A stretch of 64,000 nt of DNA from a bacterium (GCA_963675755.2 CAXXMD010000003.1:544001-608000), one strand, 5' to 3'. Counted from the first letter of the stretch, positions 21,229 through 31,903 are shown. Notes: generated by a model from the letters alone, not told the origin. Made by a program: numbers and translations.

Positions 21229-22209
21229 ATGCTAAAAAAGAAACTCGGCAATTCTGATCTTTTGGTTTCTCAAATAGGATTAGGAACCATGGGCATGTCT
21301 GAATTTTACGGACAAGGCGACGATGATGAATCCATCAGGGTCATTGATCTGGCATTGGAAAAAGGTATAAATTTCTTTGATACCGCAGATATGTACGGTT
21401 ACGGCCACAACGAACAACTGTTGGGTAGAGCGTTAAAAGGCAAGTTCGATCAGGTGGTGCTGGCAACAAAGTTTGGCGTTAAACGCGGTCCCAATGGAGA
21501 ATGGCTGGGATTGTCCGGCAAACCCGATTATGTCAAACAGGCCTGCGATGCCAGCCTGAAACGCCTGGGTACCAATACCATTGATCTCTATTACCTGCAC
21601 CGCGTAGATCCGGAAACGCCCATTGAAGAAACGGTCGGCGCCATGGCGGAACTGGTCAAGGAAGGCAAGGTTCGCTATCTGGGTCTCTCGGAAGTCAAGG
21701 GCGAGACATTGAAAAAAGCCAATGCAATCCACCCCATTACAGCGGTTCAGTCTGAATATTCCATCTGGACCCGCGATCTGGAAGACGCTAATCTGGATGC
21801 CTGCCGTGAGCTGGGTGTATATACCGTAGCTTATAGTCCACTGGGACGCGGATTTTTGACCGGTAAATTTCAAACCAAAGAAGACATGGCCAAGTTTGAA
21901 GCCCGTGGACTGGCGCCCCGTTTTGACGATGAAAATTTTGAGCACAATATGGGTATTGTAAGAAAAGTGGAAGAGATTGCCGCATCAAAAGGAGTAAAGC
22001 CCTCGCAGATTGCACTGGCATGGGTACTGGCAAGAGGTGAGGATGTTGTGCCTATTCCCGGCACCAAACGGGAGAAATATCTGCTTGAAAACATTGCAGC
22101 TGTGGATGTGTCACTCACATCCGACGAAATTGCCGAACTGGATAAACTCTCGGATATGGTCAGAGGTACCCGATACAGAGCTGAAAGCATGAAATCGACT
22201 TTGCGTTAA
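21229..22209 (+). CDS. Aldo/keto reductase
   Basis: [42 protein letters not shown]. Confidence 0.93.
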   Translation: MLKKKLGNSDLLVSQIGLGTMGMSEFYGQGDDDESIRVIDLALEKGINFFDTADMYGYGHNEQLLGRALKGKFDQVVLATKFGVKRGPNGEWLGLSGKPDYVKQACDASLKRLGTNTIDLYYLHRVDPETPIEETVGAMAELVKEGKVRYLGLSEVKGETLKKANAIHPITAVQSEYSIWTRDLEDANLDACRELGVYTVAYSPLGRGFLTGKFQTKEDMAKFEARGLAPRFDDENFEHNMGIVRKVEEIAASKGVKPSQIALAWVLARGEDVVPIPGTKREKYLLENIAAVDVSLTSDEIAELDKLSDMVRGTRYRAESMKSTLR

Positions 22210-22220
22210 TTCCCTTAAAC

Positions 22221-22253
22221 AAATCCCCGGCAACAAGATAACCGGGGATTTTT
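22221..22253. terminator. Bidirectional intrinsic terminator
   Basis: AAATCCCCGG...CCGGGGATTTTT between convergent genes. Confidence 0.75.
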
Positions 22254-22258
22254 ACACT

Positions 22259-22594
22259 CTAATTGGGACGGATCACCTTGTCCGCGTTTGCCATAACCTG
22301 GACTGTCATATCCATGGTGCCCACACCGCCAATCAATAAATCTTCACGACGTTTATGAAAATCCAGACAGGTTCCGCAAGTTGCAATCTGCGCGCCCTTG
22401 GCCTCAAGTGCCTTTAGGCTGTCAATCACTTCGCTGCCCTCGGTGGTTAAATTAATCCCTGAATTGACACAACCAATCACATCAATTTGTACGTCTGACT
22501 TGGCCAGTTCACTCAAAAACGATTTCATCAGTTTCTTGCCCAGTTCCGGGTCCCCTTGTCCCATTTTATCAGAATTCAAATACAGAAAAGTCAT
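22259..22594 (-). CDS. DsrE-family protein (YedF C-terminal-like sulfur/selenium relay)
   Basis: MGQGDPELGKKLMKSF, NSGINL, CGTCLDF, GGVGTM. Confidence 0.8.
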   Translation of the reverse strand: MTFLYLNSDKMGQGDPELGKKLMKSFLSELAKSDVQIDVIGCVNSGINLTTEGSEVIDSLKALEAKGAQIATCGTCLDFHKRREDLLIGGVGTMDMTVQVMANADKVIRPN

Positions 22595-22688
22595 GTTATC
22601 TCTCCAAAATTTCGGTTCATCATCTTAATTGTTAATAAAAAGCACCTTTTGTACGGCCTGGTGTTGAGTGGTTTTTAAGTTAAAAAAA

Positions 22689-23093
22689 TTACTTTTCAAT
22701 CGCCAGTCTTAAAGTCAGTACAGCCATAACAACCGTTATGGGAGCAAATATCCATTGCTCAACAAAGGAATGAGCTGCCAGGTTGCCAACGGTATTGAGC
22801 AGAAAATACACAAACAATACCCAAACCGCAATATCTACAATCCGTTTCAGGATTTTGCCGCTCTTGATATAGCCTGCTTTTATCGCAATAATGAGCATGA
22901 ACAGCAGCATCACCACAAAGGCAATGACTTCTAACAGCACTACACTGTTCCCTGATGCGTCCATCCTGCCGCCCCAGACAATCGAGGATGGCACAATACC
23001 CACCAGAATCAGCACATGCAGCAGCTCAAACAATGCCATAATCCCCAACAAGATATTGGCAGCAAGCTTAAAATCCAATTTTCTCATAAACAT
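22689..23093 (-). CDS. Hypothetical 4-TM membrane protein
   Basis: VWGGR and LNTVGNL motifs within hydrophobic segments. Confidence 0.7.
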   Translation of the reverse strand: MFMRKLDFKLAANILLGIMALFELLHVLILVGIVPSSIVWGGRMDASGNSVVLLEVIAFVVMLLFMLIIAIKAGYIKSGKILKRIVDIAVWVLFVYFLLNTVGNLAAHSFVEQWIFAPITVVMAVLTLRLAIEK

Positions 23094-23120
23094 CTCCCCA
23101 TTTTATCAGGACCCGTTCGT

Positions 23121-24206
23121 TTATGAATGGTCCAGCAGGTATTTTAATCCGATCTCACTTAAAAAACGCCCGGGGAAAATGCCGCTCAGCGCTTTTACCC
23201 GCTCTTCCCGGTTTGCCGCACGCAGCCATTTACCCAGATCTGTAAAAGACGCGCACGCGTTTCTCAATTTCGGATTATAGATAATCTTTTCGTCTTTATC
23301 GAAATAGAGATAATTGTCGGATTTAAATCCTTTTAAATACTTTTTGCGGTTCAACAAGGGACGATAATAATGCAACAGATGCAATGTATTGTGATGATCA
23401 AGAACCAGGTTACCGCAATGAGAACAGCTCGATCCTTCAATGCGCCAGAATTTCAATTCCTTGTTCTCGTACAACTTTTCGCAATGACTGCAATGGGCTT
23501 TAACGGTTTTGTCATTCTCCACAAACAACTCTTTTTTCAATACTTTCCTGAATGCTGAAAAACCCAATGCGGTTTTTAATAAATGCAGCTGCAGTAAAAT
23601 CAATCCAATAAACAGGGCATGAAACACAAACGGCGATGCCTGATGAAACAACACACCATCATAAAATCCATGTGCCACTGCGGCAATGACTATAGATAAA
23701 ATGATCCCGCCGTGGTTCTTGTGCACTTTTTTGTGAATGTAAAAGGCGATGCCCATATATCCCGAGAATGAGATATGTCCCAGAACCGGATAAATAGAAC
23801 GCTGAAATAGAATTAAAAACGGACCGTCAAACTTGAACGCGTAAAAAATATTTTCTATAGTGGCAAATCCCAAAGCGATAGCAGTCATGTAGATAATACC
23901 ATCCACTATCTCGTTAAAGTCCCGACCAATAAACCGGAACAGAATCACCAGCGCTAAATACTTGGATACTTCTTCAATTAATCCTATTTTAAAAATAGCA
24001 TCAAACCAGTTGTATTCAACATGTACAAATTCATACAAAAACAGCGAAGTAAAGATAGAAATGAATCCGCCAAAAGCGGTCACTATCATCAATTTTAACA
24101 GGGGTTCTTTTTCATAAATATCATAACTCCTGATCTTGAGCAGGTAGAGCAAGCCCACTACCGAAGCCAGAGCAATGATCAACATGTCCTGAACGTTCAT
24201 TTGCAA
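23121..24206 (-). CDS. PrsW-family intramembrane protease with C-terminal CxxC-CxxC extension
   Basis: EKEP, IEEVSK, DGIIY, GFATIEN, GH, HGFYD; CSHC twice. Confidence 0.85.
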   Translation of the reverse strand: MQMNVQDMLIIALASVVGLLYLLKIRSYDIYEKEPLLKLMIVTAFGGFISIFTSLFLYEFVHVEYNWFDAIFKIGLIEEVSKYLALVILFRFIGRDFNEIVDGIIYMTAIALGFATIENIFYAFKFDGPFLILFQRSIYPVLGHISFSGYMGIAFYIHKKVHKNHGGIILSIVIAAVAHGFYDGVLFHQASPFVFHALFIGLILLQLHLLKTALGFSAFRKVLKKELFVENDKTVKAHCSHCEKLYENKELKFWRIEGSSCSHCGNLVLDHHNTLHLLHYYRPLLNRKKYLKGFKSDNYLYFDKDEKIIYNPKLRNACASFTDLGKWLRAANREERVKALSGIFPGRFLSEIGLKYLLDHS

Positions 24207-24232
24207 TTCCCTTACAGGTGAATGTCATAAAA

Positions 24233-24424
24233 CTATTTTTTGTATATTATATATTCCACAATTAACAGAAAAAGAGGAAAGGTCAAACTCAATACAATTT
24301 GTGTATCCATGCCGATAACGGCATCGCCTTTGATCTGGGACAAGGAATTGAACAGCAGAAAAACAATAGCAGCCAGCGACAAACTTTGCAGGGAACCGAA
24401 AATCCAGAATGCGGCAGATTTCAT
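24233..24424 (-). CDS. Small 2-TM hypothetical protein
   Basis: 63 aa, AAGGAG RBS upstream. Confidence 0.6.
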   Translation of the reverse strand: MKSAAFWIFGSLQSLSLAAIVFLLFNSLSQIKGDAVIGMDTQIVLSLTFPLFLLIVEYIIYKK

Positions 24425-24468
24425 TAGAAACTCCTTTTCATGAAATGATTGACCTGTTTAATAACAGA

Positions 24469-24624
24469 TCAACGTACCAGGCGATACAATACAAACAATA
24501 CGGTTAGTGATAACCACAAGTAGAATACCCTCAACCAGGGAATTTTATTCCCCTTGCCGGACCGCAGCACCACATGCAGGGCACCCAGAAAAAACAGGAT
24601 GATGATCAGAACATACGAAACCAT
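24469..24624 (-). CDS. Small 2-TM hypothetical protein (51 aa; not in the ORF track)
   Basis: GGAG RBS then MVSYVLIIILFFLGALHVVLRSGKGNKIPWLRVFYLWLSLTVLFVLYRLVR*. Confidence 0.55.
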   Translation of the reverse strand: MVSYVLIIILFFLGALHVVLRSGKGNKIPWLRVFYLWLSLTVLFVLYRLVR

Positions 24625-24780
24625 TGACAATCTCCAACACCCAAACAGTCCCCATAATTGAATTAAAACAGCAAATCAAACATAGCAGATTTAAATGAAA
24701 AAATCAAGAATTTGCGGTAATCAGAGCAAAAAAACAGGGGATCCCTGATTTTTTCATACAATAAAAGCACTACAATATTG

Positions 24781-24974
24781 CATACCTGACGGCATGCTAA
24801 TGCTTATTTTTCACGTTTCTTCAATTATTCTGTCCCTAACGGGACATTTGGATATCATGTTAATTAATTGATATTGATTATTTTGTAATTGGCTTGTTTT
24901 ACCAAGGCCCCGTTAGGGGCCAAATAGGTGTAGTCATGAACAAACCAAAGTTATTTCGCGTGCCGTCAGGTACG
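24781..24974. repeat. Nested inverted REP-like palindromes (A-B-B'-A')
   Basis: CATACCTGACGGCATG (24781), TGTCCCTAACGGGACA (24831), GGCCCCGTTAGGGGCC (24906), CGTGCCGTCAGGTACG (24959). Confidence 0.65.
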
Positions 24975-25098
24975 CCATCTGGCAGTATGGAAAATGATTT
25001 TTATTTCAGTAAACTCGGCCAACTATTAATAAAATACACAAACACTTTAATGAATTATACCTTTTTTTCGGGGCATCCTGGGGAAAAACCTAAGCAGA

Positions 25099-25698
25099 TC
25101 AGAAAATCCGTTTTTCAACGGCTTGCGCTATATTCTCATCATCAACATTGAAATATTGGGGAACACTGGAGCCCTTTAATGAATTTTTAAAAATTTTCAA
25201 ATCCACGTCCGAGTCATCCAGCAATTCTACAACATAAAACTCGCCGGGCACATAATATTTGAACAAAGATACTTTAATATCGGGAGCGGTCCGAATAGAG
25301 CTGATCCTGCTCCACGGGATGAGCAGAGTCGGATGGCTGAACCTGAGGGGTAACAACATTTTCAATATCATTCCCTGTTCGTTCGCGCCAATCTGTAAGC
25401 AACTGTTGTAACGCATATTATTAATCCGGGCACTGGCAATTTTGAACCGGATATCCTTTATTGCCGGTAATAGGCTTATATCCAGGGCATAGCGTTTCGC
25501 AAGCCCGGCCCAGCCGCTTTGTCCGGATACGAGAAAAGCCATCAACATGCCTATTGCGATAAAAACAACCGGTATGACAAAAGGCCGGATTGTCCGTTCA
25601 AGCGGTTCAGGGACATAACCGGTGAGTTCCAGCAATAAATACACAAAAATGATTATTGCCACTATGCGCAACAAGGATTTTATCTTATTATCCATCAT
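25099..25698 (-). CDS. Hypothetical membrane-anchored protein
   Basis: Two N-terminal TM segments; SGWAGLAKRY, HPTLLIPWSRI. Confidence 0.7.
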   Translation of the reverse strand: MMDNKIKSLLRIVAIIIFVYLLLELTGYVPEPLERTIRPFVIPVVFIAIGMLMAFLVSGQSGWAGLAKRYALDISLLPAIKDIRFKIASARINNMRYNSCLQIGANEQGMILKMLLPLRFSHPTLLIPWSRISSIRTAPDIKVSLFKYYVPGEFYVVELLDDSDVDLKIFKNSLKGSSVPQYFNVDDENIAQAVEKRIF

Positions 25699-25777
25699 AT
25701 GCTTTACCAGATTCGTTCGTCTTGGTATTCCTGGTTCCGGGGCTCTTAACCTGTGAAAACTAAAAAATTGTACTTTT

Positions 25778-25850
25778 TGGAGTGCAGCGCCTTTATGCGC
25801 TGCGTCGGGCCGGAGGTCCGATTTAGATTAGACTTTATTGTCCAATTATT
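25778..25850 (+). repeat. TGGAGTGC-type REP-like element
   Basis: TGGAGTGCAGCGCCTTTATGCGCTGCGTCGGGCCGGAGGTCCGA, homologous to 12546-12618. Confidence 0.75.
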
Positions 25851-26084
25851 TATACCATAGTAACATGACAAGTTTAATATTATTATGCAAATATAGTTGA
25901 ATAGAGGCCGTCTCCGACGGCCCGCATTACATAAAGGTAATACACTCCACACCATTTTGACTTGTCTCAATCTCAACAAAATTTTTATTTTCAAAATTAA
26001 ATCATTTTCACACAGTCTGTCAGCCCTGGAACCAACAAGAAATACACGTGTCTAGGCAGAGCCAGGATACGAGATAATACCTGT

Positions 26085-26669
26085 TTATACTACTTTTATC
26101 ATAGGTTCAATTATATTCTCTTTTACAGTAATCTTTTCTTTATTTCGTTTTAACTTGAAATCCCAAATTGAAATCACAATTGGAATTATTGGAAATAATA
26201 AACATCCATAATCATCCAGATAATTTTGCTCAATAGGACACGCTATAACCTTGTCACCTTGCTGCCAAACGCAATCTGTTTTGTGTTTTTGACTATCATA
26301 TAAAGTTGTACGTTCTATCCAACCATGATACAATGGAATATTTATCCACTCATCAACATCTTTAACATTCTTGAGATTGAAAGCTGACCCTACACCGTCA
26401 AAACCGTATTTATTAGCTTGATTATTACGTCTCAATTTAGGTGAATCCGGATGATTAAAATAAACATCAAAGATTTCCAGGTAATGGAACAAAATAAAAA
26501 TGATCTCTGTTTTGCATTTTTTATCTTTTAATGTAATCCGGTAACTAATCAAACGTATTATTTCTTTGTCAAACAACTCGATGCTAAAAATATTTTCATT
26601 ACCAAACTTGTAATGAAAATAATCCATCCAATTCTCAAATTTTTGACCATTAAAGATAACAGCACTCAT
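26085..26669 (-). CDS. Hypothetical protein
   Basis: 194-aa AT-rich ORF, no recognisable motif. Confidence 0.55.
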   Translation of the reverse strand: MSAVIFNGQKFENWMDYFHYKFGNENIFSIELFDKEIIRLISYRITLKDKKCKTEIIFILFHYLEIFDVYFNHPDSPKLRRNNQANKYGFDGVGSAFNLKNVKDVDEWINIPLYHGWIERTTLYDSQKHKTDCVWQQGDKVIACPIEQNYLDDYGCLLFPIIPIVISIWDFKLKRNKEKITVKENIIEPMIKVV

Positions 26670-26722
26670 TTTAAAGTCCTACAATGTCTTTTAAAACATT
26701 AATCTTGGTGCAATAAATGACA

Positions 26723-27412
26723 TTAATAATTCCAAACAAACAATTTTTCAACAACTTTATAGAATCCTAAAAGAACATATCCCAAGGGCCCCGGAGTTAT
26801 ATGTGGTTTTGTGGATACGTGAATGGTGGAAAACTTTGCTAAATGAGACAAACGGTTCAATTCCCCTTTTAACAAATCAAGTTCTTTGTTCAATCTTTCC
26901 AATTCTTTTTCAACATTCAAAGCCGATTGTACGGATTCAGCCATTTCCAGTAATTCCAGATACCGGTGCCTTGACTTTTCGGCATTATCTAATCGGATCT
27001 CATAATCCCGATATTCACTGGTTACATCACTCCCTTTGATATTTTTATTCGTCACAATACCGAATGTTTCTACATCCTTTAGCACATCATCCAGACTACT
27101 GGTGGGTATACGTATTGAAGTTTTGGTATTGCTTGAAAGTAAAACATAACCCTTATATTTTTTTGCCAAATTTGAAACAGCATGGTGCACGGAATCCGGC
27201 GTATTGGTTTCAATGTCGATATTGGCAGTAAAAATTATTATACGCTTTTCTGAATTGTTTGTGGCAGAAAAATCATCCTGATTTTCGGTGCGTATAGTAT
27301 TCCTGTCCTGAGTTATATAAACTTTAGCACTGGTAATTTCCGGCGGTGGTCCGCATGCGGTAATCATAAAAAAATATGATAAAGCAATCAAAAGACTCTT
27401 TTTCGTTCTCAT
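26723..27412 (-). CDS. DUF4349-family lipoprotein
   Basis: Lipobox ITAC; DVTSEYRD..IRL, coiled coil, C-terminal TM; AAGGAG RBS. Confidence 0.8.
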   Translation of the reverse strand: MRTKKSLLIALSYFFMITACGPPPEITSAKVYITQDRNTIRTENQDDFSATNNSEKRIIIFTANIDIETNTPDSVHHAVSNLAKKYKGYVLLSSNTKTSIRIPTSSLDDVLKDVETFGIVTNKNIKGSDVTSEYRDYEIRLDNAEKSRHRYLELLEMAESVQSALNVEKELERLNKELDLLKGELNRLSHLAKFSTIHVSTKPHITPGPLGYVLLGFYKVVEKLFVWNY

Positions 27413-27877
27413 TTTTTCTCCTTTTCTGATATTGACTGAATTTAAAATTCACAGACACTTCTCATAGTTACAAACGGACGAAAATATGATATTTTTTAAT
27501 GATTCATAAATATGACACCCCGGCACCCCTTTTGATATTTTACTTTATTAATTAATGGAATTCAATCATAATATGCAATTGAAAAACATCAGGGTACCCA
27601 CATTTTTAACGATTCGATCACAACAATATTTCATCCCTAATGGGATGAATTCATTTTTTAAATCATTCCCGGTTAGAAATCCCTTCGTATCCTTCTTTCC
27701 TTCGTGGTTCAATACTGTAGAACGAAATTCATATCGTTTGTCCGTCGCAGACGGACCCTTGATGATTACTGGATGTACAAAATGTTTATTAATAACTATG
27801 AAGGACCCAAAAAACTTGAAGAAAAACAATGAATTCACTAAAAAATATTAACATAGAATAATACTTGCCCCTAGACG

Positions 27878-27911
27878 AAAAAAGCCGCTACCCCAAAGGG
27901 GCAGCGGCTTT
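27878..27911 (-). terminator. Intrinsic terminator of the HesB-like gene
   Basis: AAAGCCGCT.CCCC/GGGG.AGCGGCTTT with A-run (U-tract on minus strand) right after the stop at 27915. Confidence 0.75.
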
Positions 27912-27914
27912 AAA

Positions 27915-28226
27915 TCAACAAGAAGACGCGCCGCTAAAAGCGACAATAAAACGTCCTCCGGAGAGATGTCTCACATAATCAACGATCAAACCACCGTAAA
28001 AACGAGTCATGTTGTCGACCTGCTTGTCCCAGATCAGGGTTATGCCCTCTTCAACAAAACTCCGGTCTTGATCTATGTCCTTTTCAGAAGCCTGTACCAG
28101 GCCCATACTGGGGCCGCCTCATCCAAATCCTAAAATCAATACACGAAATACCGGTTCTTTGATATCTCCGCTTGTCAAAAGTGTGTTGAATGCCTTTTTG
28201 GCTTCCTGCGTAATTTTAAACATCAT
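27915..28226 (-). CDS. HesB/IscA-like selenoprotein (in-frame UGA read as Sec36), 103 aa
   Basis: MMFKITQEAKKAF...FRVLILGFG-UGA-GGPSMGLV...IVDY...ASSC; UGA at 28119-28121 is in frame with track ORF 27915-28106; GGAG RBS upstream. Confidence 0.85.
28089..28103 (-). promoter_or_regulatory. Bacterial SECIS-like hairpin
   Basis: mRNA GGCCUG-GUA-CAGGCU; apical loop starts with GU about 21 nt after the UGA. Confidence 0.65.
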
Positions 28227-28436
28227 TTCTCCATAATAAATCATTTTACAGGTAATAATTAGATGCGCTATTCTTGAAAAAGATTCACATCCGTCCATTA
28301 TTTTAACAATGTAATCCGTTTCATTACCGATGTATTGTTTACTCGGGTTTGGACAACATAAATACCTGTTGCAACCGGCATACCATTAAAACAACTCTAA
28401 TATTTTATTAATGGTATAAACGAATAATACAAAAAC

Positions 28437-29186
28437 CTAGCCGTTCACAATCTTTATACTGGCGCTGGCGCCAATACGATTAGCCCCAGCTTTGACCATT
28501 GCAAGCGCGGTCTCGCGGTCACGAATACCACCGGCTGCTTTAACTCCTACAGAATCACCCACCACGCGACGCATTAACGCAACATCCTCAACCGTTGCAC
28601 CAGCCGCGTTAAATCCTGTCGATGTTTTAACAAACTGCGCACCCGCTTTTTTGGCAATAATGCATGCTGTGACTTTTTCTTCATCTGTCAACAAACAGGT
28701 TTCTATAATCACCTTAACAAGCGCGGGTTTGGCCGCTTCAACCACCCGATTAATATCACGATAGATAAAATCCAGATCACCGGTTTTCAGCATACCAACA
28801 TTAATAACCATATCAATCTCCATAGCCCCGTCAGAAACCGCACGTTTGGTTTCTTCTACCTTTAGACAGGTGGTATTGGTACCAAGGGGGAATCCGATTA
28901 CAGAGCATACATCTACTTTGGATCCAAACAACCGCTCAGACGCAGTCTTAACCCAATAGGGATTCACACACACGGATGCAAAGCCATACTGTTTGGCTTC
29001 ATCGCACAATTGTAATACCTGCTCACGGGTAGCTTCGGGTTTTAATATGGTATGGTCAATATACTTGGCCAGATTCGATGGCTCACCGGCTTCAGGCACA
29101 CTGCTTCCTTCCGGTTTACCGGTCACTTCGGCAATGACCTGATCAATAATACGATCTATATCTTTTTCCTGCATTTTATTCTCCAA
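28437..29186 (-). CDS. deoC: Deoxyribose-phosphate aldolase
   Basis: [49 protein letters not shown]. Confidence 0.95.
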   Translation of the reverse strand: MENKMQEKDIDRIIDQVIAEVTGKPEGSSVPEAGEPSNLAKYIDHTILKPEATREQVLQLCDEAKQYGFASVCVNPYWVKTASERLFGSKVDVCSVIGFPLGTNTTCLKVEETKRAVSDGAMEIDMVINVGMLKTGDLDFIYRDINRVVEAAKPALVKVIIETCLLTDEEKVTACIIAKKAGAQFVKTSTGFNAAGATVEDVALMRRVVGDSVGVKAAGGIRDRETALAMVKAGANRIGASASIKIVNG

Positions 29187-30563
29187 TCAGGCTAAATTCT
29201 TTACTTTATTCTTAAACTGGTCTACCAGTTTTTGTGTTTCCGCTTCTGTGGGTGATTCCGCAATCACCCGGATAATGGGCTCTGTATTAGACGCACGGAT
29301 ATGTACCCATGCCTTGTCATACAAAATTTTCAATCCATCTATCAGATCAAGATTTTCATTAGCGTGAGCGGCCTCTAGCTTTTTCACCACACCTTTGGCG
29401 TCCGCGTCAAAGGGCAGTTCTATCTTGTCTTTGATCATGGTATAATGTGGAATACTGTCATACAATTCGCTAATTGCCTTGCCGCTTTCAGCCATATACT
29501 GCAATACCAGAGCAATACCTACCGGGGCATCACGACCGATATGAATTGCCGGATACATAACACCACCGTTACCTTCGCCCGCAATGACAGCGCCAACCTC
29601 TTTGGCCTTGACCGCTACATTAATTTCGCCCACTTTTGAGCGGTGCGCGGTTTTGCCATAATCCCTGGCAACATCATCGATCATTCGCGAGGTGGATGCA
29701 TTCACCACAATATCTCCCGGTGTTTTGGAAAGGATATAACGGCTCACACAAGCCAGTGTATACTCTTCACCCATGGGCTCACCCCTGTCCGATACCAGCG
29801 CCAATCGGTCCACATCCGGATCTACGGCAATACCCAGATCTGCTTCATATTTCTTGACCGCGTTACACAAATCGGTAAGATTTTGGGGAATCGGTTCGGG
29901 ACTACGAGGGAAAAATCCATTGGGTTCAGGATTCATATGTATCAATTCACAATTCAGTGCTTCCAGCAATGGCGGCACAATGGTTCCACCAGCGCCGTTA
30001 CAACTGTCCAGAACAATTCTAAATTTTTTGGGTTTGATTGTATCCGCATTGACCAAAGGCAGCGCAAGGATCTTGGCGATATGATCCTGAACCGCAGTAT
30101 CGTATGTAGTTACTTTGCCCATCTTGTCCCATGACGCAAAATTATAATCATTATCTTTAACGCGCTGCAAAACTTTTTCACCGGCCTCTGCGGTTAAAAA
30201 CAATCCGTTTTCTGCCAACAGCTTTAACGCGTTCCATTCACGGGGATTATGACTGGCGGTTATTATAATGCCGCCAACATGTCCGGACAATTCGGTAACC
30301 AGTTCAGTGGTAGGAGTAGAGCAAATGCCTACATCTACTATATCACACCCAACGGACATGAGACCCGCCCAAACAGCGTGTTTAACCATTTCGCCCGTGG
30401 CGCGTGAATCGCGACCTACAACAATTTTTCCGGGTCCCATTTCACTGCCGTATGCCTGGGCAAATTTCATGGCAACATCCGGGGTGAGGCCTTCACCCAC
30501 TATACCCCGTACACCGGAAACAGATATCATTAAATTTTTCAATTCACTCAAAATATACCTCAC
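29187..30563 (-). CDS. glmM: Phosphoglucosamine mutase / alpha-D-phosphohexomutase
   Basis: SGVRG, ITASHNP, DPDVDR, GEGNGG, RASNTEP; GlmM versus PMM/PGM specificity is not certain. Confidence 0.75.
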   Translation of the reverse strand: MRYILSELKNLMISVSGVRGIVGEGLTPDVAMKFAQAYGSEMGPGKIVVGRDSRATGEMVKHAVWAGLMSVGCDIVDVGICSTPTTELVTELSGHVGGIIITASHNPREWNALKLLAENGLFLTAEAGEKVLQRVKDNDYNFASWDKMGKVTTYDTAVQDHIAKILALPLVNADTIKPKKFRIVLDSCNGAGGTIVPPLLEALNCELIHMNPEPNGFFPRSPEPIPQNLTDLCNAVKKYEADLGIAVDPDVDRLALVSDRGEPMGEEYTLACVSRYILSKTPGDIVVNASTSRMIDDVARDYGKTAHRSKVGEINVAVKAKEVGAVIAGEGNGGVMYPAIHIGRDAPVGIALVLQYMAESGKAISELYDSIPHYTMIKDKIELPFDADAKGVVKKLEAAHANENLDLIDGLKILYDKAWVHIRASNTEPIIRVIAESPTEAETQKLVDQFKNKVKNLA

Positions 30564-30587
30564 GCTAAAAATTAGATCGGTTTAAAC

Positions 30588-31895
30588 TCAAATATAAGGA
30601 ACCAGACGCATATTTACAACCCCCGGTCTGGACAATTGTTCCACCTGCGCATCCAATGCTGGTTTTTCCTTTTCCGCTTCGTCCATAGATAAAGGTTTGC
30701 CCTTGTTCGGGAGAGTATGACCTATATCTGCCCGTAATGCACCATCATAGAGCTGACGACGTTGACGAACCAGGTTGAGCAGCTTGGCACCACGATAAGA
30801 AATATCAAACGCCGGAATGTCTGACAAATCCAACCCCTTTTCCAATTCCTCACGGGTGTATTTGCCCAACAGTTGTTTATCGTGATATACCGCATACCCC
30901 GCAACACCGGACTGGTTGACCTGCAATACAGGACAAATCAGTTTGTCATCCAATGCTGACAGCTTTTCCACACCCGGAACCTTGAGAAATACCGGGACCT
31001 TTAAGGTCCAGTCAAAATGCACATCTCCACCGGGGAAAGAGACATTTTTCACACTACCGGAAATCTTTTTGTCCTGAATGCGTACTTTGGTAATCTCTGT
31101 TACCGGGAATTCATTCCAGGCCTTTAAAATGGTTTCTGCCATAATCCAGTGCCCTGCAGGACCGGGGTGTACGCCGTCTCTTGCGAGATAATAGTCGGGA
31201 TCCTGTTGACGGTTCTTGCGCAAATGTTCTACCATGGGTGTGTGGATATCCACTGGTGTTATATCCGGTGCGGATAAAGTCATGATCCATTCGCCATAAT
31301 GATTCAACACATTATCATAGTTTTCATAGGGCGTCTGATATCCAAATTGCGGAGCATCCTCCTCTACGGTTTTATCTTTGACCGGCACGGGATCATAAGG
31401 CGGTGGAGTGATCACATACTGGTGCTGAGCGCCCGCGGCCCGTACCTTTTCAATTACTTTTTCAATACCCGCCTTGTACGCGGCAAAACGCTCTTCAGAC
31501 AGGGGAGCATAAATACCGTCATTCATACCGTAACAGGTCATTACAACATCCGGTTGGGTACGCTCTAGTATACGATCCAGCCGGTCATGTACATTGGGGC
31601 GCGGATACGGGTGTACCGGTTCCGTCAATCCGCATACGGTCTCGCTTGACAAACCAAGCCCCACAATATTGAAATGCTTGTCAGGATATTTTGCCAGCAG
31701 GAATGTTTCAATAAAATTCACATACGTTGCATCATGAGTAATACTGTCACCGATGAACAATAAAGTTTGTCCGTCCTTTAATACCGATTTAGCAACAGTG
31801 TTATTTTGAGATTTTGAGCATTGCACGAATCCACCAAAAACAACCGGTGCTGCTGCACTGCTCAATAAAGTTTGAATAAACGCTCTTCGTTTCAT
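30588..31895 (-). CDS. SGNH/GDSL hydrolase, Tat-type signal (possibly lipoprotein)
   Basis: KRRAFI signal; GDSIT, YGMND, DGVHP. Confidence 0.85.
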   Translation of the reverse strand: MKRRAFIQTLLSSAAAPVVFGGFVQCSKSQNNTVAKSVLKDGQTLLFIGDSITHDATYVNFIETFLLAKYPDKHFNIVGLGLSSETVCGLTEPVHPYPRPNVHDRLDRILERTQPDVVMTCYGMNDGIYAPLSEERFAAYKAGIEKVIEKVRAAGAQHQYVITPPPYDPVPVKDKTVEEDAPQFGYQTPYENYDNVLNHYGEWIMTLSAPDITPVDIHTPMVEHLRKNRQQDPDYYLARDGVHPGPAGHWIMAETILKAWNEFPVTEITKVRIQDKKISGSVKNVSFPGGDVHFDWTLKVPVFLKVPGVEKLSALDDKLICPVLQVNQSGVAGYAVYHDKQLLGKYTREELEKGLDLSDIPAFDISYRGAKLLNLVRQRRQLYDGALRADIGHTLPNKGKPLSMDEAEKEKPALDAQVEQLSRPGVVNMRLVPYI

Positions 31896-31903
31896 AATTC
31901 CCT

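Noticed and set aside
22259-27412. Run of short co-oriented genes as an integron cassette array
   Set aside because: No consistent RYYYAAC...GTTRRRY attC sites found after the stops and no integron integrase; intervening elements look REP-like.
27555-27851. Two overlapping 90-98 aa ORFs on opposite strands
   Set aside because: No recognisable motif, and the region contains a REP-like palindrome; probably non-coding.
27915-28226. Pseudogene or alternative genetic code explanation for the UGA
   Set aside because: UGA is a normal stop in other genes here; this one falls at the family's Cys/Sec position and has a SECIS-like hairpin.
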